DNA of 64,000 nt from Octopus sinensis (taxonomy: Eukaryota). Below, in pieces: positions 12,891 through 25,450 of the stretch (the stretch's first letter is position 1; each line of letters starts with the position of its first letter). Made by a program: the position numbers and the translations under genes. Location: positions 144,584,001 to 144,648,000 of the forward strand of contig NC_042997.1 in assembly GCF_006345805.1 (NCBI RefSeq), written 5' to 3'. The notes beneath the pieces were generated by a model. The model saw nothing but the letters and a program-made list of their open reading frames with translations, did no database searches and was not told where the DNA came from.

Positions 12891-13129
12891 AATGCCCTTC
12901 CTAAAGCCAACTACTTTACAGAATGAACTAGGTGCTTTTTATGTGGCATTGGCATCAGTGAGGTCACCAAAGTAACTTGCAAAACAAAACCTTCAGCTGA
13001 ATAATGGCGAAAAACTGAAGGAAGAGGCTTTGTTTCAAATGATGAAAAGTTAAAGTATGATGGAGGAACAGAAACAGATGTTTTGCTGCCAAGGAGATAC
13101 ATGGCTATCCCAGTTGAGAGAGAGAGATG

Positions 13130-13162
<33 letters not shown>

Positions 13163-13700
13163 AGTGAGAGAGAAGATGCTGGTGATAAAGATGTGTTGAG
13201 GCATCTTTACCAGGGAGGTGAATGTTAGTGAAGTGGCACAGAAGATTGGACAGAGTGACTGGATAAGTAATTTTACATTGTTGTGAATTAGCCATGCGTT
13301 ATCTCATAGCTTTGATGTTTAAAAGATGTGTTTATTTATTTCTGAATAATAAGTGTGTGTGAGAGGCTGCATCTGGCTGATTTGAGCATAAAACATATTT
13401 GGGCTTGATATGGTCGGTTTAAATGCTAAAGAGTAAGCGTGATTTCACATCAAGATAAATCAATAACTTAAGATTGTTAAAAAAAATAGTTTTTCCAAAA
13501 ACTTAAAATCAAAACTGAAATGTAATTAACATAGAATTTGGTTAAATGATGCTTATACTTACAGAAAAAAAATTACTTTCCATGATAGAATAAAATAAAT
13601 TGTTATTCAAAAAATTTTCTTTTCTTCTTCAGTAAAACAAACAAATATACCAATTCCATTTTATAAAGAAGATTACAGGATCTTATTGATGTTTTTTTAT

Positions 13701-13741
<41 letters not shown>

Positions 13742-14227
13742 TGATGATGATGGTGATGATAATAATAATAATAAAGTCTATTTGATAAACATGTTTACTA
13801 TATGGATTGAAATATTAATTTATCAATAATCAATTATTATTATCATGATCATCATGATCATCGTTATCATCATCAGCACACTATGTGAAATGCTTAATGT
13901 CATTTCATCCATCTTCTTGTTCTGAGCTCAAATTCCGCTGAGGTCGATTTTGCCTTTCATCCTTTTGAGGTTGATAAAATAAGTACCAGTCAAACACTGG
14001 GGTCGATGTAATCAACTAGTCTCCTCCCACGGAAATTTCAGGCTTTGTGCCATTAGTAGAAAGGAGTATTATTATTCGTGAAGTATATGTGCTACCTAAA
14101 TGTAGCTAACCCTTAAGGGTTGATGCTACTGTAGCTTGAAGACATCTCCTCCAGTTGGCTATTGACACACTTTCTGAGTCCTATCAGTATTTGCAGTCAA
14201 TTTTCCCATCTCCAGCCTGACGTGATA

Positions 14228-14272
14228 CACACAGACCTGAGTTTCTGGGTATTGACCAGTCATCAGCGTGTG
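14228..14272 (-). ncRNA. Type I hammerhead ribozyme motif
   Basis: Minus: CACACG-CUGAUGA-CUGGUCAAUACCCA-GAAAC-UCAG-GUC/UGUGUG. Full core, 6-bp stem I, A-U and C-G stem III. Stem II is decayed (C-A at the closing position). Predicted cut between 14234 and 14233. Confidence 0.7.
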
Positions 14273-14607
14273 ACAACCACCTGTTGGCGAAATGGTTCTC
14301 AATGCAAATATATATACTTTTTTGAGTAACGCAAAGTCACTGATCTCAAAAAAGTAGAAACAAGCAATAATAAATCTCTGAGTGAGGTATAAACAGTAGC
14401 TGCATGACATTGTGAAGTATATTTGCCACTTAAATGTGGCTAACCCTTAAGGGTTGATGCTACTGTAGCTTGTAGCCCCAGGAAGACATCTCCTCTAGCT
14501 GGCTACTGACACACTTTCTGTGCCCTATCAATATTTGCAGTCATCTTCTCCATTTCTAGCCTAATGTGATACACATAGACCCAAATTTCTGAGTATTGAC
14601 CCATTGT

Positions 14608-14652
14608 CACACGCTGATGACAGGTCAATATCTAGAAAGTCAGGTCCATGTG
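14608..14652 (+). ncRNA. Type I hammerhead ribozyme motif, inverted and decayed copy
   Basis: CACACG-CUGAUGA-CAGGUCAAUAUCUA-GAAAG-UCAG-GUC/CAUGUG. Core present; stems II and III are damaged. Confidence 0.55.
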
Positions 14653-15545
14653 TATCACGTCAGGCTAGAGATGGGAAAGATGACTGCAAATACTGATAGG
14701 ACACAGAAAGTTTGTCAATAGCCAGCTGGCAGAATCGTTAGCACGTTGGACAAAATGCTTAGCAGTATTTCATTTGTCTTTACGTTCTGAGTTCAAATTC
14801 CACCAAGGTTGACTTTGCCTTTCATCCCTCCCAACAAAATTTCGAGCTTTGTGCCTAGAGTAGAAAACAATATTTCTTTAGGAAAAAGGCAGCGAAATGG
14901 CAGAATCATTAACACTCTGGGTGAAATGCTTAGCAGTATTTCGTATGTCTTTACATTCTGAGTTTAAATTCCACCAAGGTCGACTTTGCCTTTCATCCTT
15001 TCAGGGTCAATAAATTAAGTACCAGTTACGTACTGGAATCGATCTAATCAACTGGCCCCCTCCCCCAAAATTACAGGGTTTGTGCATAGAGTAGAAAAGA
15101 ATATTTCTTTAGGAATCCATATATAAATCATGACAAGTGTTAATCGACACTTGTAAATGAAGATGGTAATCTAAATATCTTCTGGAACCGTGTGTCTGAC
15201 AACATCTTGATGATTCCTTAGATTAATATACATTTGCAGGAAGAAATATGGGAATCAGTTTCCAGACCACGTAAATTTTGAAATTACTGTAATAATGGTA
15301 CCAGATTCGTTCTGATATGACAAACTTCATAAGTCATAATTTCCAGTCAGTATTTAAGATTATATTTCTTCAGAGTTTGCCACAAATAGCAGCAGGAATG
15401 AAATAAAGACATGTGCAAACTTCATAACTAACACTGATTGTGACTGCTGGGAGGAATATGAGATATTGTCAAGTTCTCTCTCAAGATTTCATTTTAGTTT
15501 TACATTTCTAGGATAAATTTATTTATTACGACCGAAAGAGAGAAA

Positions 15546-15810
15546 CTACAAAACACACAAACAAATTGCACACACAAACACGCAAAATAAGAAAATACAT
15601 GTATACACACACAAATACACACTTATGCAAAAGCACATACACAAAAGAACACACACGCATACACAAACAAAATCACTTATGCACACACATACACACATGC
15701 ATGTATTCAAAATACACAGATCACAAACACATAACCAAAATATACAAAAAAACTCTAACATATACACAAACACAAAAAGATACATACACAAGCACACACG
15801 CATATATTGG
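15546..15810. repeat. CA-rich degenerate microsatellite
   Basis: acacacaaacacacaa/atacacac runs. Confidence 0.85.
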
Positions 15811-16063
15811 TATAACTGAGAGAGTTTGTAAAACAATCTCAGCAGTGGCCTTGTCAAAAAATGGCATGAGAGCAGGAATAATGTAGGAAATTCATTAGAA
15901 TATATAATTAGGATCAATCAAATAATTTATCTCCTTCAGACTTGTTTTGAGAGAGGGGGGGTATAAAGGCACAAGGACAGAGAGAGTAGTAGCAATTTGT
16001 CATTAATTTATTATGTTTAATTTTGTTTGGTTTATTCTTGTCGTTCAAGAAGAAACTAAATAC

Positions 16064-16111
16064 CTTTGCGATTAGTAATCCAAGCATAATGAAATAACAT
16101 AGCCTGAGCAT
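16064..16111 (-). CDS. Candidate exon encoding a signal-peptide-like MLRLCYFIMLGLLIAK (alternative frame DAQAMLFHYAWITNRK)
   Basis: Minus: ...ctgcaaagtag|ATG...GCAAAG|gtattt, 48 nt. Two open frames; the acceptor is only moderate. Confidence 0.2.
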
Positions 16112-16536
16112 CTACTTTGCAGATGTTAAGTAGAAAATTTTTTTTTTTTTTACATGTCAAATTTGTTAAACCACCCCCAAGTGGTTGCGTCAAAGTGCAG
16201 GGTACTTTAGATGTCAAGCAAAAGAAAAGGAGAGGTAGTGGCGTTGGTGGTGGGAGAAATACTTTCAAGAGAGCTAAAGAAGGAAATAAAATGGTGAAAA
16301 ACAAAAAGAAAATCAAACAATAACAGCTAAAGAACTGACACCTATGTTACCAAAATATTTCCATAACTGTCTGTGACACTTCAGCTGTCACAAGTCATAG
16401 TTTTGAAGTTGCTTAACTTTGCACCCTCTCTACTCTACCCCCTCCCCTGCTTTCCTCTCCTCAGCTAGGCTTAAATCAAATTCAACTATTACATAGATGC
16501 TCATTTATGACACCCAGTCTCAGTTCCTCTTGGACT

Positions 16537-17510
16537 TATGAGGTGGTATCAAAAGATTTCCAGACTAGTTATGTTTAATACAAAATAACTTATTTACCAT
16601 TCGTTTTTGGATTTGGTTTGCAAGATTCTTTATATGAGTTCATGTGTTGAAGCATTTTCTGTTGTGTCTGGTGAGAGTAATTTTTTTGTGCCTTATAATC
16701 TTGACTCTTGAGTCAAGACTATTGAAAAGGTTGCAAGACGCAACGAAAATTTTAGGAAAATAAAAATAAGAAATAAGTGGAAATTTTACTGGTGAGTGTG
16801 TTACATTATAAAGCACAAAAAGAAAATGACTCTCCCCAGACACAACTTATTTACTTATTTTGTTTTAACAACTCCTGCACAGCAATACACTGGTTCCAGT
16901 GTTCCTGCCACTTTCAGAACCCAGCCTGGAAGTTGTTTTCCGTAAGTAAGTTGGGAAACTTCTGCGATTCATTCTAGACATCGACGACAGTAATAAAGCA
17001 GCAACCTTTGAGCTGCATTTCCATCTTGGGGAAGAGATCGAAGTCTACAGGTGCAAAATCTGATGAATAGGGTGAGTGTAGAAACGATACCATGTTGTTG
17101 ATATAGAGTGAGGAGAGCTTAGTGACATCGTGAAGAATCCAATTCTTCATGCTACACATATCTGGTCACTCACCAAACGTCCTCCTTCAGATGCTTCAAA
17201 ACATCACAATAGATCTCTCAATCCCTGGCCCTGAAGGATGAATTCTGGGTGCACAATACTACATTTTGAGAGGTTACACTCATGGTAGGTCTTCCAGGAA
17301 TGCTCTCCCACTTTTGAAGCATCTGTGCCACTCAAAACATTGTGTACGACCCACTGCCTCGTTGCTGAAGCATGCTCAATGTCTCTGTAGCAGACTTTCT
17401 GAGTTTAAGGCAAAATTTCATGTTCGCTCTTCATTCCAACTTCCTGTCCATGAAAAAAATCACAGACTGCAGCATACATGTGATCACAGAAAACACAAAT
17501 TTCCCAATTT
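16537..17510 (-). mobile_element. mariner transposon remnant, internally deleted and pseudogenised
   Basis: N-terminus MDRKLE*RANMKFCLKLRKSATETLSML...CFEWHRCFKSG (ATG about 17451). C-terminus WILHD...HSPYSSDFAPVDFDLFPKMEMQLKG (decayed YSPDLAPxD motif). TA plus TIR-like tgaggtggtatcaaaagatttccagact at 16537. Confidence 0.9.
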
Positions 17511-20500
17511 GCGATGTATGGGGTGCTGGTGGCACATAATAGCACCCATTACACTCTCGGAGTGGTTGGTGTAAGGAAGGGCATCTAGCCATGGAAAATC
17601 ATACCAACTCAGGCTGAAGTCTGGTGCAGCCTTCCAGCTTACCAGCCCTGGTCAAACCATCCAACCCATGCCAGCATGGACAATGGGCGTTAAATGATAA
17701 TGATGATGATTCCTCTCTCAAATTCACACACTTATTGCAATGATACTTCAGATTTTCTAAACCCTGTAAAAGAACTCAGAAGGTTGGGCCTCCAACCAGG
17801 CCTTTTGCAATACCCTTAAAACCAGGAACTTCTCAGTAACCCCTTACATATAAGCAACATGTAATGGCAATCCTTGCAATATGTAATGACAATTCTCAAA
17901 GTTTCATAGCCTGGCTAAAGCTTTCGAAATACTGAATTTATTTGTCTAACAAGGAACTTGATCTGAGACTGTGTATTGAAACTACAGCAACAATAACACA
18001 GAAGAGCTATTTAATAACATGTAAAGCTGTTAAAATAACTTTAAATTCAAATTTATTTCATGAGCTATCAGATTTTTTTTTTTTTGTCACAGAACTGTAA
18101 TGGAAATTCTGATACCTTATGAAATTATTTAAAATTTAAAGTGAATTTGACAGCTTTGTACATTATTAAGCAGTTCTTTTATGATTTAGTTGTTTAAATT
18201 CATTTTACATTTGTCCTTTTTGTTAAAGATAAGCCAAATATTGATGGTATGTGTATGTGCTTTGTTAACATCAGCAATAAAGTTAAAAATTCAAATTGCT
18301 ATGATGTTCATTGCTCTCAAGTCTTTTTGTTTTGAGCACCAAAAATATAACCTTTAATAGGTACGGTTGTGTGGTTAAGAAGCTTCCTACTACATGGCAC
18401 TATGTGCAAGAATTTTCTACTATAGCTCCTGATCAGCAAATGCTTGGTGACTGAATTTGGTAGATGGAAACTATGTGGAAGCCTGTCATAGATATATGAG
18501 CATGTGTATATGCATGTATGTGTGTGTGTGTGTTTGTGTATTTGTCTACTACACCTCTTGACAACTGGTGTTCCTTTGTTTATGTCCCTGTGACTTAGTA
18601 CATCAGCAAAAGTGACAAATAGAATAAGTATCAAACTTAGAAATAAGTACTGAGGTGAATTTTTTTGATCAAATCCTTCAGAGTGGTGCTCCAGCATGGC
18701 TGCAGTCAAATGACTGAAACAAGTAAAAGATAAAAAATATAAATAATTTCTTTATGTAAGTCCTTCCTTTCTTCAGAAATTTCCATAAAATCTAACAAAA
18801 GTAGTCCTGCTCCATGGATCTAAAAAGAAGCACGTACTAGATAAGATAATGTTAGAAAATCCTCCTCTGCCTCCTCATCATCATTTAACGTCTATTGTCC
18901 ACGCTGGTATGGGTTGGACGGTTTGACCATGGCTAGCAAGTTGGAAAGCTGCACCAGGCTCCAGTTTGATTTGGCATGATTTTCGATGGTTGGATGCCCT
19001 TCCTAATGCCAACCACTCTGAGAATGTAATGAGTGCTTTTATGTGTTACCGGCACAGGTGCCATTTGCATGACACCAGTATTTACCATGACTGCAATTTT
19101 ACTTGGTTTGACGGATCTTCTCAATACATGACTTAAAGGACATATTCTAAAACACCAAACAGAGAGGTTTGTCTAATGGTAATGTCGGGACAATATTTTA
19201 TAATAGGTATCACTAAAAAAGTCAACAGGAATCTCGCTTAAATAAACAGAAAAGTCAAAGGTTTTACTTGATATGATTGGAAGCGATGATTCATTTGGAC
19301 AGCAATATCATGTAATAATGAGGGTTTTCAAAACAGTTTTACAAAGAATGTTAATAATGAATTCTTAGATTAGTAGAAGAACAAAAATTTGAAGTTAATT
19401 ATTTTGACATGTTATTTAACTTGTAATTGTTATCGACCTGTGAGGAATGAAATGCAAAGTTGACTCCAAAAGGAACTGAACTCAGAAAATGTTAATGATA
19501 ATAAATATGGATAATAAATGTCTGTGCAAAATTAGAATAGGTTGGATTAAGATAATCTGCTTTTATCCTTTTTGCTTTCTTTTCTTTTTGCAAAAACTGA
19601 AAAGTTGAGCATGTCCCTCAGTGGCTGACGATATGTGCATCCCTGATCATGGGCAGAAGTAGTGGGGAAGCATCATAGCCTTGTGTTGAGAGGAATTCTT
19701 TGGGGTTTGGATAATTCACCTTTGGAAATATGGGTGTGTCATTCAACATCTTTAAGCAACCCTTATTCAGGGACCTTTTGAGTGGGATGGGCTACTCAAC
19801 CAGAAGAAAATTGTAACTGTCCCCACCTACAAGATCATGTGCTGTTTAGCTGATATGAAATCCTCATGTTGTGCACATATCATTATGTGCCTGGTGTACT
19901 CTTATCAGATGGGTAGTCATGATGGCTTTTTATATTTGTGCCCCAGTCTCACTTTGATGGCATGCACTACTCTCTCACTCAGTAATAATAATAATGATAG
20001 TAATTATTATTTCTACTCATGGCACAAGGCCTTGAAATTTTTGGGGAAGGGGGGGGTCAATTATATTGATCCCCAGTACATAACTGGTACTTATTTCATT
20101 GACCTCGAAAGGATGAAAGGCCAAGTCGACCTCGGTGGAATTTGAACTCAAAACGTAAAGACGGACAAAATAATGCCAAGCATTTCACCCGGTGTGCTAA
20201 TGATCCTGCCAGCTCACCACCTTAATAATAATAATAATAATAATAAAATAATAATAATAATAATGATAATAATAATAATGAACTTGTTGTGTGGTGTGCC
20301 CAGGTACAGTACAACTGCTTGAGTGTAAACAGCACTATGACACAGAGGAAAGAGTCATGTTATTTGTTTCCTATCAGTCAGCCACTTGTTCCTTCCTCTT
20401 TCCAATTGGTACTTATAATGTCTAATATACTTTATATGAATGAAGCAATAACAACAAAAGCAACAAAAATTAAAAATAAAGTAAGTACATACACACTTGT

Positions 20501-20669
20501 AATCATAATAATTTGATTTTTCGGTACAAGAAACACCATTCAGTAATATAACAACAGACATTACACTCTTTGCCCCCCACCATTCTTAATACACATCAAC
20601 ATTGACATTCTTAGAGCTAATCAGATCTAGTGAAGAGCAAAGGGTGGCACACACCCAGTTGGCTTTATT

Positions 20670-21270
20670 AACACCGTCACCGCCATCACCAGCACCAACA
20701 CCACCACCACCACCACCACCACCATAATCACCATTACTACTGCTGCCACATCCACCACCACTGCTACAACTATGCAAGTGTCACCACCACCACCATCATC
20801 ATCATCATCACCACCATCATCATCACAAACACCACCACCACTATCAGAAACATCACTACTACCACTCAAGTCACTACCATGAGTGCCACCACTATTGCCA
20901 CCAACATTATTACCATCATCATCACAATCACCATTACTACCGCTGCCTCATCCACCACCACCACCATCATTGCTACAACTGTGCAACTGTCACCACCACC
21001 ACCACCATAATCATCATCATCTCCACAACCATCACCACCACTATCATCATCAACATCATCACAAACACCACAACCACCAACCACCAATCTAATCACCACC
21101 ATGGGTGCCGCCACCACTACCACCACCACCACCACCACCATCATCATCACGATCACCATTACTACCACTACCTCATCCACCACCACCATCAGAAACATCA
21201 CTACCACCACTCTAATCACCATATGGGTGCCACCACCATCTCCACCAACATCATCATCATTGCCATCAGT
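20670..21270. repeat. (CAC/CAT)n array with higher-order internal duplications
   Basis: Triplet runs punctuated by recurring non-triplet words (atcagaaacatcactac, ctacaact-tgcaa-tgtcacc). Confidence 0.85.
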
Positions 21271-21814
21271 AGATAAACAATGGCAAGTAAAATAGATTTC
21301 ATTTAATGAGTTTGTCTAAATAAGTAACTGTTATTTTCATGAGAGAGACATTTCCGAAGTAACCAACAGTTTCCGCAAACAGACAAGAAAGAAACCCGTA
21401 TATTAGTTTGATTTTCAGTAAGCATGTACGCATGCGTTCGTGTCTACATGTGTATGTAAGTGCAACTGTACATCTATGTACGTCTCTGTGTTTGTGTACG
21501 TAGGTGTGTGGGATTTTCTGACACGCTGGGACGAGGAAAGTTAATGGAAGATAGAACAGAACAGGTAAAAAATAAGATATGAAAAAGAAAAAAAAAATTG
21601 GAAAAGCTGTCTGCATTTTGTTTTTTCTAATTTTTTTCTCTCCCTAAATATCACATTTGTTTTAATAACTTATGAAAATATCATGAACACAGCGAGACAT
21701 GTTTATTAGATATGCTGAATAAAGTAAAAAGGTATTTTTTTAAGTCGTTCTCTCTCTTGAAATATTCCATTTCCACCTATGAAGGTGGATATAAAACATA
21801 CATATTCATATATA

Positions 21815-21852
<38 letters not shown>

Positions 21853-23031
21853 GACATGCACACATATATGTGTGTACATATACACAAGCTAACAAACGTT
21901 CTGTGTGTATGTGTATGTGCATGGATGTGTATATGTGTGTGTGTATACAAGTGTGTACATATATATATATAACACACAAATATATATAACATACTTATAT
22001 GTATGTGTGTGTATACCTCTCACTCTTCTCTCTGCATATCATCATCATTATTTAATGTCCAGCTTTCCATACTGGCATGGGTTGGACGGTTTTACTGAGG
22101 ACTGGCAAACCAGGAGGCTGCACCAGGCTCCAATCTGATCCGGCATGGTTTCTACAGCTGGATGCCTTTCCTAACACCAGCCACTCCAAGAGTGTAGTGG
22201 GTGCTTTTTACATTCCACCAGCATGGGACCTGATCAGGCGGCACTGGCATCGACCACATTTGAATGTTGCTTTTTACATGCTACCAGCATATCACATTGC
22301 TGTACTAGAGAAGACCCACTCACCACAAAATAATTGAGATTCTAAAACCAAGACGCCACATGAAAAGCATTGGTGTGGGTGCTGGTGCCACATTAAAAAC
22401 ACTGGTGATAATGACATGTAAAAAAACATCCAGTACATACTGTGGAGCGGTTGCCATTAGGAAGGGCATCTAACCATAGAAACCAAGCCAAAACAGACTA
22501 CACAACTGAGTGCAACCCCCAGCCTTGCCAGTTCCTGTTAAGTTGTCCAACCCGTACCAGCATGGAAAATGGACGTCAAATGATGATGATGTTTCATGAT
22601 GATAATGATGATATAAAATAATCCCTCACCATATCACGGTTTATTATTTAAGCTTATGTCAAGGCAGCGAGCTGGTAGAAATGCTAGCATGTCAGGCAAA
22701 ATGCTTAGTGGTATTTCATCTGTCTTTACATTCTGAGTTCAAATTCTGCTGTGGTTAACTTTGCCTTTCACCCTTTTGGTATCAATTAATTAAGTACCAG
22801 ATGTGTATTGGGGTCGATCTAATCGGCTGGCACCCTACCACCAAATTTCAGGCTTTGTCCCTATAGTAGAATGGACGTTGATTCCTCCATGGTGTTATTT
22901 TGCATTTATAATGAAATATATACAAATTATAAAAATAATTTTTTTAAAATATACAGTACTGTTGTACTTCACAGATTTTCACCTATTGCAGGGGCTTTTG
23001 GAACATAATACCTGTAATAGGTGAGGGCTTA

Positions 23032-23071
<40 letters not shown>

Positions 23072-23768
23072 ATATGTATGTATGTATGTATATATGTATG
23101 TATATATGTGTATGTATATATATATACATCATCAGCCTCCTCATCATTAGTATTTAAATGTCAACTTTCCATGCTTGCATTGAAAAGTAGATGGGGTTTA
23201 CTGAGGCAAGTCTTCTATGACTGGATGCCCTTCCAGTCACCGACCCTTGCTCATTTCCCCATAGCTAGACATGTTTACATAAGATTGGAAATGAGAGTTA
23301 AACTGCTTGTATGATAGTGACACTCATTTACAAGTATTATGTGATGTCAAGACAAGGTGAGACACAAACGCACACACTCACACACATATACATATAATGA
23401 AAGCCATAGTATTAGGCCAAAGTTATTCTTTAGAAGATGTATGATATAGTGTGTAAATGGACTAAGTAAAGGAACCATAGAAAGGGTTGAAGTGTGCATT
23501 GAAAAACAATTAGATTGATAGGGAAATTATAGCTTGTAAAATGAGTCGGTATTCTAGCTATCATATGAAATTAAATTATAGGAAAATAGTAACCTAGTGT
23601 AGTACGTAAGATAAGTATAAAGTTCAGTAAATTAGTTTATAATTTGGAGTGAAGTTGAGTAGTGCTAATTAGTATGTGAGAAGGTTAAGGGAAGGTAATA
23701 AGAGGTTAAGTAGGTTCACTAATAACCTGTACTATAGGGGTTAGTGACATTTAAAGGATAAATAGGGC

Positions 23769-25450
23769 TTATCGATACTTTGAGAATACAAAACGGCCTT
23801 TATTCAAACAAAAATTATTTTTCTCATGTCTTTTGTTAGGTAGAGATAATTTGCCCTTTAAAATAAAGAATTTTTCGTTTATACAGAGCTCACAGCGATT
23901 ATTTTTAATGTTATATGAGGAAGTTTTGGCTGGGATACACCATTCTAAACTATAGTTAATATTTTTGTCTTTCAATTCCTAAATGTAACTACTAAGTCTG
24001 GTAGAGTTCGCTTTACTTCTATTTCTGAAACTAGATTGGTGGGAATTGTATCTAAGTATCATTTAATTTTTAGTTGTTCCTATATAAGATTTCTTGTAAT
24101 TATTTGCAAGTACATCGCACTGGTAGATAAGGTTTTTAGTTTTACAAATATTGGAGAATTCACAATGGTTTTTGTCTCTGCAGCCACATAGATTATTAAG
24201 CTTATCTGTGTGTATGTTGCATTGAGGGGGATTATTATTTATAAGGCCGTTGTCCGTGTTATTTGAGGGCAAGTTATTAGGGATGACATTTATAATATCT
24301 GTAAATTGGTTGTTATGTTTTATGTCGTTATTTTTCCTACTTTCATAGAAGGCATTTAGCTTTTTATTGTTGATCGAGGCTATGATGGTAGCTACATTGC
24401 TAGTTAAGCTATGGCCTACCCTAATCTTATTCATAAAGATTTCTGAGTATTTGTTATTTAAGTTCAAGTGCTTGTCTATAAGTCTCATTATAGAATGAAC
24501 TATGTTTGTTTTAAGCTGCATCGCAAAAGGGATTATTAACCAGATATTATCATTATTTCATTTATTTTTAATATCATTATTTTTGGTGTAGAAACTCTCC
24601 TCAGTATTCTTGTAGAGCGTAAAGTTATGGTTATGATTATTATACTTCTTTCTATAGTTATTTATATTATTATTACTATCAGTTTTATAGGGGTTATTTC
24701 TGTATGGTTTATTTAGTTTATATTGTTTAATATTATCATTCATAACAGGAGTTATATTGGTTCTTAGAGGTGTGTTATGTATATTATTATTCATATTAGT
24801 ATTCTTAATATTGTTAATTTTTACATTGTTGGTATTTCTTTCATTATTATTTTTAATGTTGTTATTTACCTTAGTCTGCATCTTATCTTTATTCCTACAT
24901 TTTTTCTTTGTTATTATTACTGTTAGTCTTATTAATGGTGTTATGGTTGTTAGTGTCATTTGGAGTGTAGTTCCTGTTATAAGTCTTGGGTATTTATTTT
25001 ATTCTGTTTATTTCTATAGTGTTCTAAGTTTAGGTATTCAATTTTTTGCTTATAACTTGCTTTTTCTAATGTGCTATTGAAGAATTCCTTGTACTTATTA
25101 AAGATATCTTGGTTGGAAGATAAGCATGAAATTCTTTTGCTAACGCTTTGTACTAGTCCTCTTTTAATAAAGTTAGGATGGTTACTCAATGTATTTATAT
25201 ATTTAAGGTTTGTATTTGGTTTTATGTAGTCCTATTGCTAGGGTGCAATGAGTGTCTAAGTAGTTTATAGAATTATGTTCCATTTCTATAGTAATAATTA
25301 GGCCAAAACATTTAAAAAACTTATATAGTTTTTTCTTAATTAGCTCTAATCTCCTATTTGAGATGTTTTCCAGTATAAATAATGTGTCATCCCTGTAGAG
25401 ACCACCAGGAGTGCCCATGGATACATCTATCCCTTAGATGGTTACATTAC
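23769..25450 (-). pseudogene. PLE RT / GIY-YIG endonuclease pseudo-ORF
   Basis: IDVSMGTPGGLYRDD; SNHPNFIKRGLVQSVSKRISCLSS; IWLIIPF...LIDKH; CGCRDKNHCEFSNIC...LIYQC...YIGTT*...LRYNSHQSSF...YI*ELKDK...W...RCELCINEK...NKRHE. Multiple stops and frameshifts. Confidence 0.9.

Larger units (their letters stand above)
14077..14727. mobile_element. Retrozyme-like / non-autonomous PLE: 335-bp monomer, partial second monomer and inverted segment
   Basis: gtgaagtatat...aacccttaagggtt recurs at 14077 and 14412. Segment 14623-14727 is the inverted copy of 14497-14601. Each copy carries all or part of an HHR. Confidence 0.75.

Noticed and set aside
19605-19985. Probable interspersed repeat ending at (TAA)n
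   Set aside because: It looks familiar as a cephalopod repeat, but there is only one copy in the window and no diagnostic motif, so it cannot be classified from the sequence.
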